Shown here: positions 39,601-54,600 of the stretch, one piece after another | How positions within the stretch are numbered: the stretch's first letter is position 1 | Layout: every line of letters begins with the position of its first letter | DNA from: Candidatus Falkowbacteria bacterium | Lineage (GTDB): Bacteria; Patescibacteriota; Patescibacteriia; Patescibacteriales; UBA12465 | Direction: 5' to 3' | Assembly: GCA_016432645.1 (NCBI GenBank) | Contig: CP066698.1 | Coordinates: 389,062 to 453,061 of the forward strand | DNA: 64,000 nucleotides | Program-made: the position numbers and the translations under genes | The notes under the pieces: generated by a model | The model's input: only the letters and a program-made list of their open reading frames with translations | The model's database searches: none | What the model was told of the DNA's origin: nothing

Positions 39601-42600
39601 GTGTAACTAATAATACTTGAACCGCCATTGGAAGCTGAAGCTGTAAAACTAATTGTGGCCTCGCCATTGCCACGAGTCACAACGACATTAGTCGGCGCAT
39701 CTGGGACTGTGGCCGGAGTAACCGAGTTGCTGGTTCCTGACGGGACGCTAGATCCAACTGCATTGTTGGCTGTGACTGTAAAAGTATACGTTGTGCCATT
39801 TGCTAGACCGGTGATAGTAATCGGAGAGGAACCGCCGCTCGCAGTTTGGCCGCCGCTAGAAGTGACAGTGTAATTAATAATTGCTGAACCGCCGTTGTTA
39901 ACTGGGGGCGTAAAGGTTATAGTTGCTTCACCATTTCCACGAGTGGCAACGACATTAGTCGGCGCATCTGGGGTGGTGGCAGGAGTAACAGAGTTGCTAG
40001 TAGCTGATGAAGCGCTAGTTCCAATCGCATTAGTCGCAGTCACGGTAAAAGTATAACTAGTTCCGTTTGTTAAGCCGGTGATGGTAATCGGAGAGGAACC
40101 GCCGCTCGCAGTTTGGCCGCCGCTAGAAGTGACAGTGTAATTAATAATTGCTGAACCGCCGTTGTTAACTGGGGGCGTAAAGGTTATAGTTGCTTCACCA
40201 TTTCCACGAGTGGCAACAACATTAGTCGGTGCATCTGGGGTGGTGGCAGGAGTAACGGAATTACTAACGCTTGATTGTACGCTAGTCCCAATCGCATTTG
40301 TCGCTGTAACCGTAAAAGTATAAGTCGTACCATTTGTTAAACCGGTAATGGTGATTGGGGAGCCAGCGCTAGTAGCGCTAAAACCACCGACATTAGAAGT
40401 GGCGGTGTAAATAGTAATTACTGAACCGCCATTATTAATTGGGGCGTCAAAAGTTATGGTAGCTTCCCCATCATTTCTAACAGCTATTACATTTGTCGGC
40501 GCGTCTGGAACTGTCGCCGGAATGACTGTACTACTAACACTTGATTGTACACTAGTTCCAATAGAATTTGTTGCTGTAACGGTGAAAGTATAAATTGTGC
40601 CATTTGTTAAACCAGTAACAGTGATTGGTGAACTCGCCCCACTGACGCTAAAGCCGCCAACATTGGAGGTAACAGTATAGCTAGTGATGGCGGAACCGCC
40701 GTTGTTAACTGGTGGACTGAAAGTAATTGTGGCCTCACCATTACCCCGAGTCACGACTACGTTAGTAGGAGCATCTGGAACTGTAGCTGGAGTAACTGAA
40801 TTACTTGTGGCCGATGAAGCACTAGTTCCAATCGCGTTAGTTGCCGTGACCGTGAAAGTATAAGTTGTGCCGTTAGTTAAGCCGGTGATAGTAATTGGGG
40901 ACGAACCGCCGGTGGCGGTGTGTCCGTCGTTTGAGGTAACCGTATAACTAGTAATTATAGAACCGCCGCTGGAGACCGGAGCCGTAAAACTAATTGTCGC
41001 TTCACCATTACCCCTCGTCGCAGTTATATTTGTTGGAGCATCTGGAACTGTAGCTGGAGTAATTGAATTACTTGTGGCCGATGAAGCACTAGCCCCAATC
41101 GCATTAGTCGCGGTCACGGTAAAAGTATAACTAGTTCCGTTTGTTAGGCCAGTGATGGTAATTGGAGACGAACCGCCGCTCGCAGTTTGTCCACCGCTAG
41201 AAGTAACTGTGTAACTAATAACTGCTGAACCACCGTTATTAACTGGGACGTCAAAAGTTATAGTGGCTTCACTATTACCTCTGGTAGCTAAAACATTAGT
41301 CGGTGCATCCGGGGCGGTGGCAGGAGTAACAGAGTTGCTAGTAGCTGATGAAGCGCTAGTTCCAATCACATTAGTCGCAGTCACGGTAAAAGTATAACTA
41401 GTTCCGTTTGTTAAGCCGGTGATGGTAATCGGAGAGGAACCGCCGCTCGCAGTTTGGCCGCCGCTAGAAGTGACGGTGTAATTAATAATTGCTGAACCGC
41501 CGTTGTTAACTGGGGCTGTAAAAGTAATTGTCGCTTCGCCATTGCCTCTGGTTGCTAAGATACTTGTTGGCGCATCTGGAACACTGGAAGGAGTGATTGA
41601 ATTACTGGTTCCTGACGGCGTGCTAGTTCCAATGGCATTTGTAGCAGTGACTACAAAAGTATAATTTATACCGTTAGTTAAACCGGTGATAGTAATCGGA
41701 GAACCAGCACTAGTAGCACTGAAACCGCCGACATTAGAAGTGGCAGTGTAACTAGTAATTGCTGAACCACCGTTATTAACTGGAGCGTCAAAAGTTATTG
41801 TAGCTTCGCCATCATTTCTAACAGCTACTACATTTGTCGGCGCGTCCGGAACCGTGGCCGGAGTAATAGAATTACTAGTAGCTGACGGCGTGCTAGTACC
41901 AATAGCATTAGTCGCCGTGACTGTAAAAGTATAAGTTACGCCATTTGTTAAACCGCTAATACTAATTGGCGAAGAACCGCCAGTAGCTGTATGCCCGCCA
42001 TTTGAAGTAACTGTATAACTAATAATATTTGAACCGCCGTTGTTAACTGGTGGCGTAAAAGTAATTGTCGCTTCGCCATTTCCTCTGGTGGCAACTACAT
42101 TGGTAGGAACATCAGGAACTGTGGCCGGGGTAACCGAGTTACTAGTTCCTGATAGCGTACTAGTGCCGATAGCATTAGTTGCGGTCACGGTAAAAGTATA
42201 ACTAGTTCCATTTGTTAGACCAGTTATGGTAATTGGTGAGCTTGCGCCACTCGCAGTTTGGCCGCCACTAGAAGTTACTGTGTAACTAGTGATAGCGGAG
42301 CCGCCGTTGTTAACCGGGGGTGTAAAGGTTATAGTTGCTTCGCCATTTCCTCTCGTGGCAATTACATTGGTAGGAGCATCAGGAACTGTGGCCGGGGTAA
42401 CCGAGTTACTAGTTCCTGACGGGGCGCTAGACCCAACTGCATTGTTGGCGGTGACTGTAAAAGTATAACTTAAACCGTTAGTTAAACCAATGAAAGTAAC
42501 TGGTGAGGAGCCGCTAACAACTGTCTGGCCGCCGACACTAGAAGTAACTGTATAACTAATAATATTTGAACCGCCATTATTAACCGGCGGAGTAAAAGTA

Positions 42601-45600
42601 ATAACAGCTTCCCCATTTCCTCTGGTGGCAACTATATTAGTGGGGGCATCAGGAACACTGGCTGGAATAATGGAATTACTAATAGTAGAAATCGTACTGG
42701 TTCCAATCGCATTTGTAGCAGTAACCGTAAAAGTATAAGTTGTGCCATTTGTTAAACCAGTGATAGTAATTGGAGAGGAGCCGCCACTCGCAGTCTGGCC
42801 GCCACTAGAAGTGACTGTGTAACTAGTGATGGAGGAACCACCGTTATTAACTGGGGGCGTAAAGGTTATAGTTGCTTCGCCATTTCTTGGAGCGGCAGTA
42901 ATACTTGTGGGTGCATCTGGAGTGGTAGCAGGAATAACAGAATTACTAGTTCCTGATGATAAACTTGTCCCGATAGCGTTAGCCGCCGTGACTGTAAAAG
43001 TATAAGTTGTGCCATTTGTTAAACCAGTGATAGTAATTGGTGAAGAACCGCCGCTTGCAGTCTGGCCGCCGCTGGAAGTAACAGTGTAATTAGTAATTGT
43101 TGAGCCGCCGTTGTTAACCGGGGGCGTAAAAGTAATTGTCGCTTCCCCATTTCCTCTTGTGGCAACTATATTAGTGGGGGCATCAGGAACACTGGCCGGA
43201 GTTATTTCATTAGAAGTAATTGAAGAAGTGCTTGTGCCAATCGCATTTGTCGCCGTAACTGTAAAAGTATAGGTTGTTCCATTTGTTAGACCAGTAATGG
43301 TAATTGGTGAGCTTGCGCCACTCGCAGTTTGGCCGCCGCTGGAAGTAACAGTATAACTAATAACTGCTGAACCGCCGTTGTTAACTGGGGGTGTAAAGGT
43401 TATAGTTGCCTCTCCATCATTTCTAACAGCAACTATATTTGTCGGAGCGTCCGGAACTGTGGCCGGAGTAATTGAATTGCTAGTGGCCGATGGTGTGCTC
43501 GTGCCGATGGCATTGGTCGCCGTGACCGTGAAAGTGTAAGTTACGCCGTTGGTTAAACCGGTGATAGTAATCGGAGAAGAGCCGCCGCTCGCAGTTTGAC
43601 CACCGCTAGAAGTAACTGTGTAACTAATAACTGCTGAACCGCCGTTATTAACTGGGGGCGTAAAAGTAATTGTCGCTTCGCCATTGCCTCTTAAGGCTGT
43701 AACATCGGTTGGTGAATCTGGAACTGTCGCCGGAGTAATTGAATTGCTAGTAGCTGATGGCGTGCTCGTGCCGATGGCATTGGTCGCCGTGACTGTGAAA
43801 GTGTAAGTTACGCCATTTGTTAAACCAGTGATAGTAATCGGAGAGGAGCCGCCACTCGCAGTTTGGCCGCCGCTGGAAGTGACTGTGTAACTGATAACTG
43901 CGGAGCCACCATTATTAACTGGCGGAGTAAAAGTTATGGTAGCTTCACCATTGCCTCTGGCCGCCACTACATTGGTTGGCGCATCTGGAGTAGTAGCGGG
44001 AGTAATAGAATTACTAGCTGCTGACGGAGCGCTATTTCCAACTGCATTATTAGCGGTAACCGTAAAAGTATAAGCTGTTCCGTTATTTAGACCAGTAATT
44101 ATAATTGGTGAAGAACCGCTAGTAGCAGTATGCCCGCCGCTAGAAGTGACTGTGTAACTGATAACTGCGGAGCCGCCATTATTAACTGGAGCGGTAAAAG
44201 TAATTGTCGCTTCACCATTTCCTCGTACCGCCGTAACATCGGTTGGCGAATTAGGAACACTCGCCGGGGTAACTGAATTACTGGTTCCCGATGCCGTACT
44301 TGTTCCCGTGCTGTTAGTGGCGGTAACCGTAAAAGTGTAAGTTGTACCATTTATTAAGCCGGTAATGGTAATCGGTGAGGCACCACCAGTCGCAGTCTGA
44401 CCGCCACTTGAGGTCACGGTATAAATAGTAATTTCTGAACCGCCATTATTAACTGGCGGAGTAAAAGTAATAGTTGCTTCCCCGTTACCACGAACAGCCA
44501 CAACATTAGTTGGTGCATCGGGAGCAACTTGATAATTAAAAATTGGATAAGTCTCATCCTCGGTAATTTTCCAAACTAGAGAAGAAAAGTCCCAACCAGT
44601 GAAGGTGGCTTGTTGTTCCATTTGACTAGTTGTTTTACCGGTCATTCCCGCCGGATCAGTTCCATTGCCAACACCGTCTCCAGCCGCAATCCCGGAAGTA
44701 TTAGTATCCCAATATGTAGAGACATAAGTTCCGCCGGTTGTATTAACAACACCGCCTACGTATTGTACGGCTGCGCTACCAGTTGCCCCGGTGCCACCAT
44801 TTGTACCACCAGTACCGCCTACTCCAGCAACACCACCAGCGCCACCAGTAGCACCAGCGGTTTTAGTCCCGGACGGAACTCCGGTTGAATAAGCATTAGT
44901 AATGGTGGCGCTATTACTAGATAAAAGACCGCCGATATAAACACTTCCGCCAGCGCCGCCAGCGCCGCCGTTAACACCATTGCCATTAACGCCCGGGTTC
45001 CCTCCTCCGGCCGCACCGCCATTACCACCATTTCCGCCTTGCCCACCATTACCAGGATTTCCGGCCACAGCCGTAATATTTCCTTTTGAATAAGCATTAA
45101 TAATTGCTCCTGTATTTTGTCCAACTAAACCGCCACCATATGTATGTCCGCCCACTCCGCCATTTCCGCCTAATGCACCATTGGTACCATTACCACCATT
45201 AACTGCCCCCGAGCCGCCGACGCCGCCATTTCCGCCTTTACCGCCAATTGCTCCACTCGCACCATTTCCGCCAGTCATAGTTACATTACCCGAAGAATAA
45301 CTAGTATTAAAACTGCCTGATGTTAAATTAGAGCCAATAAATCCACCAGCATAACTTACTCCGCCTGCGCCACCAGCGCCACCGGCTACAGCCGCACCAC
45401 CAAGACCACCGGCTAAAGTTCCACCATTACCGCCAGTTCCCGCTGAACCAGCTAAACCAGCCGCACCACCATTACCACCAGTGGTAGTAACATTGCCCGA
45501 TGACCAAGAATACTGAATTAAACCAGCCGTATTATTTTGTCCAGCAAAACCACCGGCATATAAAACGCCACCAGCACCACCGGCTGCTGTTGCTCCTTCG

Positions 45601-48600
45601 GCACCACCAACTCCACCAGCACCACTGGCGCCACCATTTCCGCCAGCACCACCAATGCCACCGGCACCGCCAACTCCGCCAGTGCCACCAAATATTGCGA
45701 CATCGCCTAAAGAATAATTTGTATAAATAGTGCCTAAATTATAGCCAGCAAATCCGCCGCCATAAATAGTACTACCTGTTGCTCCCACCGTTCTAGCGCC
45801 AGCAGCCCCTCCAGTTCCACCAATTCCAGTTGTCGTTCCGTCACCTCCAACACCACCATTTCCGCCCATTCCGCCAGTGCCGCCAGTACCACCATTTAAA
45901 GTAACGTTACCACTAGCCGATGAATCTTTAATATTCCTAGTTGTATTATTATAACCAGTAAAACCACCTCCATAAACAGCTCCCCCTGCTCCAGCCGCGC
46001 CAGCGCCTCCGCCTACTCCACCATTAGCGCCATTAGTAATACCCACAAAACCGTTAGCTCCATTACCGCCGGTACCGCCGGTACCGCCGGTACCAGCAGT
46101 TCCAATTACGTTACTAGTTGAATATGAAAAAAATAAAACTGTCCCATCATTATAACCAATAAGTCCACCAATATATAAAGCTCCAGAAGCCCCGGCTGCG
46201 CCACCAAGCGCACCAGCGCCGCCGGCACCGACACTGCCCGGCAAACCGCCATTCCCGCCAACACCGCCGTTACCGCCATTGCCGCTAGTACCAGTAACTG
46301 AAGTTCCATTAGAATAACTAGTCATGACTGTGTTTAGGGCATTAAGATTATTACCAATTAATCCGCCAATATAAACAGCTCCCCCTGCCCCTCCAGCACC
46401 ACCAGCACCACCGGTTCCACCAATATGATTACCGACGCCAAGAGAACCGTCACCACCGGCTCCGCCAGTATTACCATTGGCTCCATTCCCAGATAAAGCG
46501 TTAACATTACCAGAAGAATAGGCGTTTAAAACAACACCAATTGTAGAATTATTAGCGGCTAAGCCACCAGCATAACTGGCTCCACCAGCCGCCCCGGCTC
46601 CCCCAGCGCCGCCAGTCGCCGCCGTAGAACCAGAGATATTACTACTAGCACCGCCATTACCGCCTACTCCTGGAGTACCGGTTGAGCCGCCAGTCGAACT
46701 AACATTTCCAGTCGCATAAGATACACCGCCAATAATGCCAGTATTTGATCCGATTAATCCGCCAGCATAGCTAGCGCCGCCAATGCCGGTTGCACCACCA
46801 GCACCACCGGCACCACCAACAGCGCCAGCGCCACCATCTGCGCCGTTAACTCCCGTTGCTCCATTGCCACTAACTCCACCAATAGCATTTACTGCTTCAT
46901 TAGAATAACTGGTGGTAATAAAAATACTGCCTGATGATTGTCCAACCAAACCGCCGGCATAAGCAGCGCCGCCAGCGCCGCCATTTCCACCAGCACCAAC
47001 CGCTGCTCCGGCCGCACCTGATCCGCTAGTTCCCTGGTTACCTGCACTTCTACCAATACCGCCGACTCCTCCAGTAGCAGTTACTGTCCCGCCAGTAGAA
47101 TACGAAGTTAGATATCGGCTTCCTCCAGTAGTTACACTACCAAAGCCTAATAGACCACCGGCGTCAGCTTCGCCACCAGCACCACCAATTCCGCCAGCAC
47201 CACCAGCGCCGCCGATAGTATTTGTGGCGCCATTAGCGCCATTTCCACCAATATTTCCAGTACTGCCAACTCCGCCGACACTGCTAGTATCTCCGGTGGC
47301 ATATGAATTAATAATATCGCTAAGACCAGTAGTAATTGCATTATAGCCAATTAATCCCCCGGCATAAGCAGCACCGCCGGCAACAGCCGCCACTGCGCCC
47401 CCGCCGGCGCCGCCGGCAACAGTCGTTCTTGAAGCTCCGCCATTACCAGATGTTCCAGCAATCCCAGAATTTCCTCCAGTTGCTAAAACATCACCAGTCG
47501 CAGAAGTATTTAAAAAATTATTTGTTCCCGTTGTAAAACTACTATAACCAACTAAACCACCGACATAAGCGGCGCCACCAGCACCAGCGGCACCACCTAG
47601 AGCTCCAGCTGATCCGGCATGAGTTGCTAGCCCGGTTGAACCATCGCCGCCGTTACCGCCAAGTCCGCCGTTACCGCCCAGTCCGCCAGTACCGCTTACA
47701 TTTCCCGAAGCGCTTGATTCACCAATTCTAGCCTGATTAGTTCCAGTCATACGACCAACTAGGCCGCCAGCATAAATAGCACCACCAGCACCGCCAGCCG
47801 CTCCGGCACCGCCAGCCGCCGCCGTTAAAGTTGCCATTGTCGCTCCGGATGTCCCGCCGGTTCCACCGACACCGCCGTTACCGCCAGTTCCCGCGGTAAC
47901 TAAAATATTAACTGAAGAATAAGATGAGCCTTTAATAACACCGACATTATCACCAACTAAACCGCCGAAGGCTCTAATGCTTCCGGCTCCACCTACCCCA
48001 CCAATAGTTCCTGCACCGCCAATAAAAGTTCCTACACCTGTTCCCCCATTACCGCCAGCGCCTCCATTACCACCAGCAATTTCGGAACCAGAAATAGTAA
48101 TAGAATCTGAATAAGAAGAAGTAACAACGCCAGTTGCTGAAACGGCTCCCAATAAACCGCCAACGTAAGATCCACCACCAGCACCACCAACTCCACCAGC
48201 ACCACCGGCGCCACCGACTCCACCACCAACTAAACCGGAACCTCCATGACCAGCGTTAGCGCCATTGCCAGGAGTTCCTCCATTAACAACAATATTCCCT
48301 TTCCCAGAAACCGCATCATAACTAGCATAGGAAGAAACAACATCAGAAGTAGTATAACCAGCTAAACCACCGGCATAAATAATACCGGAAGCGCCACCGG
48401 CACCACCGTTAGAACCCGCGGCCCCACGATTAACTGCTCCATCTTGACCGGCCGAACCATCTTGACCAGCGCCGCCAGTAATATTTAAAGATGTTTTAGA
48501 ATATGAATTTGTAGTAATAATCCCCGTAGTATAACCAACTAAACCGCCAACATATACACCTCCACCGGCACCGCCAGCACCGCCAGCGCCAGCAATCCCA

Positions 48601-51600
48601 GATAAGGCCGTACCAGTTCCAACTCCACCCAAACCACCCAAAGCCGAAGTCCCGCCAGCACCGCCAGTTGCCGTCACAATCCCAGTTTCAGCATAAGAAG
48701 TAGTAATTGTTCCTAAAGCATTTTGGCCAACCAAACCGCCGACTTGAACAGCTGCCGCGGCTGCACCACCACCAGCGCCGCCATTGCCGCCAGCGCCGCC
48801 AATTGCCCCAAGATGATTTGTTCCCGCGGAACCGTCGCCACTATTACCACCTATTCCGCCATTACCGCCATTACCGCCAACTGCCGTGACGTCTGATTTC
48901 GCATAAGAATTATTAACAATTGCTAAAGCAGTATTATTTAAACCAATTAAACCACCGACGTTTGTCGCTCCACTTACACCGCCGTTTGCCCCTAAGCCGC
49001 CAGCAGCAGAAGTAGAGCCAGTAATATTGCCGGATGCTCCAGCATTTCCACCATTGCCACCATTGCCAGCCTTACCGCCATTAGCAAAAACCAAACCGGT
49101 TATATGATAACTAGTTTGTACTGTACCGCTATTTTGTCCGATAAGTCCGCCGGTATTGCTAGCACCACCGGCAGCTCCGACAATTCCAGCACCGCCAATA
49201 CCACCAATAGCCCCAGAACCGCCAGCGCCACCATTGCCACCGTTACCACTATTTCCGCCAGCCCCCGCCGTACCGCTAACAGCCCCAGTTGAATAAGAAA
49301 TAATAATTTCTCCAGAAGTTACTAGACCAATCAAGCCGCCAGCATAAACAGTCCCACCCACGCCTCCAGCGCCACCATTTCCGCCGGCACCGCCAACCGC
49401 CGCATTACCGGTTCCCCCGTTTCCACCATTTCCAGCAACGCCGCCATAACCAGCAGTTAAAGTTACATTTCCGGTTGCATAATTACTATCAACATAAACC
49501 GTAGTATTAGTAAAACCAATTAAACCGCCGCCATATACTAAGCCGCCAGCACCGCCAGCACCACCAACACCGCCAGCACCGCCGGTCATAGATGTGGTAC
49601 CATTGCCACCAATTCCGCCATTACCGCCATTACCTCCTAATTGTCCAACAGCAAATACTGTTCCAGTCGCATATGAATCAATAACTGAAACTCCAGTACC
49701 AACAATATCACCGATCAATCCGCCAACATTTATCGAGTTAGCCTGAGCTGAGCTTCCGGCGCCGCCGGCGCCGCCATTACCAGCCGCAGCACCGACTCCG
49801 CCATCAGCCGCATTACCGCCAGATCCAGCCGTCCCACCAGTAACATTAACATTATTAGTAGAATATATTCTGTCAAATAAAACATCATTCAAAGAATTAT
49901 GGCCAATTGCTCCACCGGCAAAAATTGCCCCCGTCGTTCCACCAGTACCGCCAGTACCGCCAACACCATTTCTACCTCCAGTTCCCTTAGTTCCGCCTTC
50001 GCCAGCATTACCGCCGACGCCGCCGCCGCTTCCAGGAGTAACAGTAATTGTTCCCCCGATACTGCTGGAAAGAGAAATATTGCCATTACCTTGTCCGGCT
50101 AAACCGCCAATAAAAACGCTACCGCTAGAACCGCCAGCCCCACCGGTACCGCCAACGCCACCATTATGACCACCTGTTCCTAAAATTCCATTTCCACCAT
50201 TACCGCCAATACCGCCGCTTCCACCAGCTTTATTGCTAGCCGATAAGCTTCCAATTACCACTGAATTAACAATAACTCCCGCATTGTCACCGACTAAACC
50301 ACCAATATAAATTGCTCCGCCGGCACCGCCAATACCGCCATTTCCCGCTGTCGCTCCTGTACTTCCAGAAATATTGCCAGAAGCTCCGGCGTTACCACCA
50401 ACTCCACCATTACCAGCCGCACCACCATTTACCGTAATATCGGTGATGGTATATGTAATATCTTGAATAATGCCTAAATTATAAGCAGCAATTCCACCGC
50501 CAACCGCCAAACCGCCAGCTGCACCAGAACCACCAGTACCACCAGTACCACCAATCGCGCCAGCAGAACTGCCGCCATTTCCGCCATTTCCGCCAACGCC
50601 ACCAATTCCACCGACACCTCCAGTAGCAGTAATCGTGCCAGTATTATTTGGGGTACTAAGGGTTGTGCCTAATACGCCATTCCAGCCAACAACGCCACCA
50701 GAATAAGCAGCCCCTCCAACTCCACCATTTCCACCAGCTACGCCAGCTACGCCAGCAATACCAGGACCGCTAGCACCACCATTTCCGGCATTAGCACCAA
50801 CGCCGCCGATACCTCCAGTTGAAGAGGCATTACCAGTTGCATATGAGTGGGCGCCAATAATCGCAATATTATAACCAACTAAACTTCCGGCTACGGCCAT
50901 ACCCCCCACGCCGCCGTAACCGCCGGGGATGCCTGCCCCACCAGCAACCGCCCCAGTTGAACTACCGCCATTAGCACCAGCCGTACCATTAGCACCGGCG
51001 CCACCAATAGCGGTAGCATTTCCGGTCGCATATGAAGTATTTCTAATAACGCCATTAGTATTATTATAACCAACTAAGCCGCCGGCATAGGCCGCTCCTC
51101 CGATACGTAATAAAACACTGGCTGTAGCATTAGAACCGCTAGCGCCTCCGGTTGCACCAGTCGAACCGCTGCCGCCATCAGCACCCATGCCAACCATTCC
51201 GCCCGCTCCTCCGGTTGCTAAAACATTTCCCGTCGCATGCGAAGCATCAATAATACCATTATTAAGTCCCGCTAAACCGCCGCCATAGGCAATAGCACCG
51301 GCGCCGCCACCAGCACCGCCGGCACCGCCAACTGCTCTTGTTCCAGCTGCACCACCAGCACCGCCGGCACCAGAATTTCCCCCAATAACGACAACATCAA
51401 TATTGGCATTAGAATTGTCTTGAATTATACCAGCTAAATTATTCCCCACTAAGCCTCCAGCATGGCCGATGGCTCCCGCGCCACCAGAGCCACCGGAACC
51501 GCCAGTACCGCCAGTAGCTCCTGTTCCGCCGGCGCCGCCGGCGCCGCCGATAATTCCGTCGCCACCATTGCTGCCGGTAACAGTTACGGAGCCAAATTGA

Positions 51601-54600
51601 ATATCAGAATTAGTAATTGTTGAAGTATTAAGACCAGCAATTCCTCCTCCGTAAGCAACGGCTCCGGCTCCACCAGTACCGCCAGTCGCACCGGCGGCTC
51701 CAAGATGATTAACTCCACCGGCTGCTCCGTTGCCAGCTAACCCAGCCACACCGCCATTTTTCCCCGCTGAAGCGGTAGCGATAACGGTACTAGAAGCATA
51801 GGAATTAAAAATTGTATTAGTATTATTCCCTACCAAACCACCAGCATAAGCAATCGCGCCGGCGCCTCCAGTTCCACCATTGCCACCAGCGGCTGCTGTT
51901 CCTGTATTTACTGTTGCTGTAGTTGCCCCGCCATTACCACCAGCGCCAGCATTACCAGGGGTTCCTCCTAAAGCAGTAACATTTCCGCTAGCATACAAAG
52001 CTGTCGGCGAAGTAATAACGCCGGAACTATATCCAGTTAAACCGCCGGCGGTTGCTACGCCACCAGCGCCTCCATTACCACCGTTTGCTCCCGCGCCACC
52101 GATGGCATTTGTTCCGCCATTACCACCATTACCGCCCAAACCACCATCACCGCCAGTGCCGCCAGTCACAACAACATTTCCAGTAGCATAACTAGTAACG
52201 ATTGGACCAAGCGCATAATAACCGATTAAACCGCCACCAAAAGAAGCGCCTCCAGCACCGCCAGTAGAACCGGCTGCGCCAGCACCGCCAACCGTACTGG
52301 CCGCTCCATTACCGCCATTTGCGCCCGCGCCACCGGCACCGCCAGCGCCAGCATTAGCAACAACGTTTCCGTTAGCGTATGAAGTCACTATTTGTCCATT
52401 TAAATTATAACCTATTAAACCACCAACATAAGAAATTCCACCAGCTGCGCCAGCACTACCAATTACCCCAGCTAAACTAGTCCCACCATCACCGCCATTT
52501 GCACCGGCGCCACCCGCTCCTGAAGTTCCAGAAACATTACCAGATGAATAGTCGCTAGTAATTGTAGTTCCGGCATTATAACCAATTCCGCCACCGGCAT
52601 AAATAATCGCGCCAACAGCAGCTGTTCCGGCCGCGCCAGCTAAACCGCCGGTCCAATTCCCGCCGGTACCACCAGCTCCAGCGGCGCCACCAGCTCCAGC
52701 AGTTCCAGAAACGGTGCCGGTTGTATAATAACTACTATTAATTTGATAAGTATTATTTCCAGCAATCCCTCCAATATACAAAACTCCACCCGCACCGCCG
52801 CTTCCGCCAGCAGAACCAGCCAAACCAGTTAGACCCGCTACGCCAGTTGCACCGGCGCCACCGGCGCCACCGGTACCAGAAACTGAATTCTCTGAATACG
52901 ACAATTGAATTCCTCCAATATTACTACCGACTAAACCGCCTCCATAAGCTGAAACTGAATTAGCTGAACCGCCGGTTCCCGATAAACCGCCAGCTCCGCT
53001 TGCTCCAGAAGATCCCTTAACTCCACCTGAGCCGCCACTAGCTCCCGCTCCTCCAGTTCCGCCAATAACCGTTACCAATCCAGTAGTAGAATAGGAAGAA
53101 ACTATAAAACCAGAATTAAGCCCGGCCAAGCCACCAGCATAAGCACCGCCGCCAGCACCGCCAGCACCGCCAGCACCGCCAGCACCGCCCGTATGAGCCG
53201 TACCAGAAGCAGCACTACCGCCAGTGCCGCCAGCTTTTCCGGCTTGTCCAACTGAACCGGTAGCGGTTACTGCCCCAGTTGCATAGTTGGCGCCTGTTTC
53301 TCCAGTAATGACACCATCTGTATTATTTTGTCCAACTAAACCACCGGCATAAGCAACTGCCCCTGCGCCGCCAGCACCACCAGCACCACCGGTCGCTGCG
53401 GTTCCAGTTGTTGCCACGGCGCTAGCACCAGCAGCTGCGCCGACAGAACCGTTACCAGAAGTACCGCCAAAAGACTGTACAACACCAGTTGCATATGAAA
53501 CATTTTTTATAACCCCTAAATTATTTCCAATTAAACCGCCGGCATAACTTACACCACCAGCCGCGCCAGCACCGCCAGCACCGCCAGCACCGCCAATAGC
53601 CGCCCCACCGCCAGCACCGCCGGTCCCGGCATCTCCAGCCGAACCGCCGGTCCCGCCAGTTGCTGTTACATTACCAGTTGCGGATGAAGCAGAAATAATG
53701 CCGGAGTTAACCCAACCGACCAAACCGCCAACGTAAGCAACGCCGCCGGCGCCAGGAGCACCAACACCGCCGCCGGCGCCGCCAATTCCTGTTCCTAAAT
53801 TTGTTCCACCATTACCACCGCTTCCACTATTACCACCTGTGCCGCCAATACCAACGACGGTCGCCGAACTACCAACAGTATTAATTCCTCCTTGTTGAGA
53901 ATAACCGACTAAACCGCCAACATAGACAGTGCCTCCAATAGCAGCCGCATTAGAAACCGTGGTTCCGCCCGCGCCAGCAACTGTTGCCCCGCTAGTTGTA
54001 TTTCCGCCTAAACCGCCATTACCGGCATTACCGCCATTACCTCCGGTTCCCGTAACATTTCCCGAAATTGTAGTGTTAATAATCGCCCCAATGTTATATC
54101 CAACCAAACCGCCAATATACAAAGTGCTGCCAACTGTCCCCGCAGTACCAGTCCCACCATTTGTTGGTGTGGTCCCGGAAACGCCATCGGTTCCATTAGT
54201 ACCGGCAGTGCCCGGAGTACTAATGGCCGTAATAGAAACGTTGGCCAGGTTAACATTTTGAATTTGGCTGATAGAGTAACCAAAAAGACCAACATAATTT
54301 ATCGAAGTTGAATTAATATACAAGTTACTGATTGTATGATTATCACCATTAAAATCTCCACTGAAACTAGTAGTATTAGTTCCGACCGGGATAAAGCCTG
54401 TGCCAGCATTCCAATTAACTGTCGTCGCAGCATCAATATCACCATTTAGTTTATAGGAATTAGTTAACCCTGTTTTCATGCCTTGCAAGCCATAAACATC
54501 AAAAATCAAATAAGGGTCATCACTAATTCCCATTCCGGTATAACGCTTAAACAACCCGGCTGTCACCGAAAAACTTCCAGTAACCGAAAAAACATTTACC

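Noticed and set aside
37262-54300. Strongly periodic DNA (267-276 bp and ~190 bp periods) that could be taken for a CRISPR array, satellite or VNTR locus.
   Set aside because: All units are in one continuous reading frame of the 19.3-kb ORF and translate to FN3 and GLUG-like protein repeats. There are no unique spacer-like segments and no cas genes.
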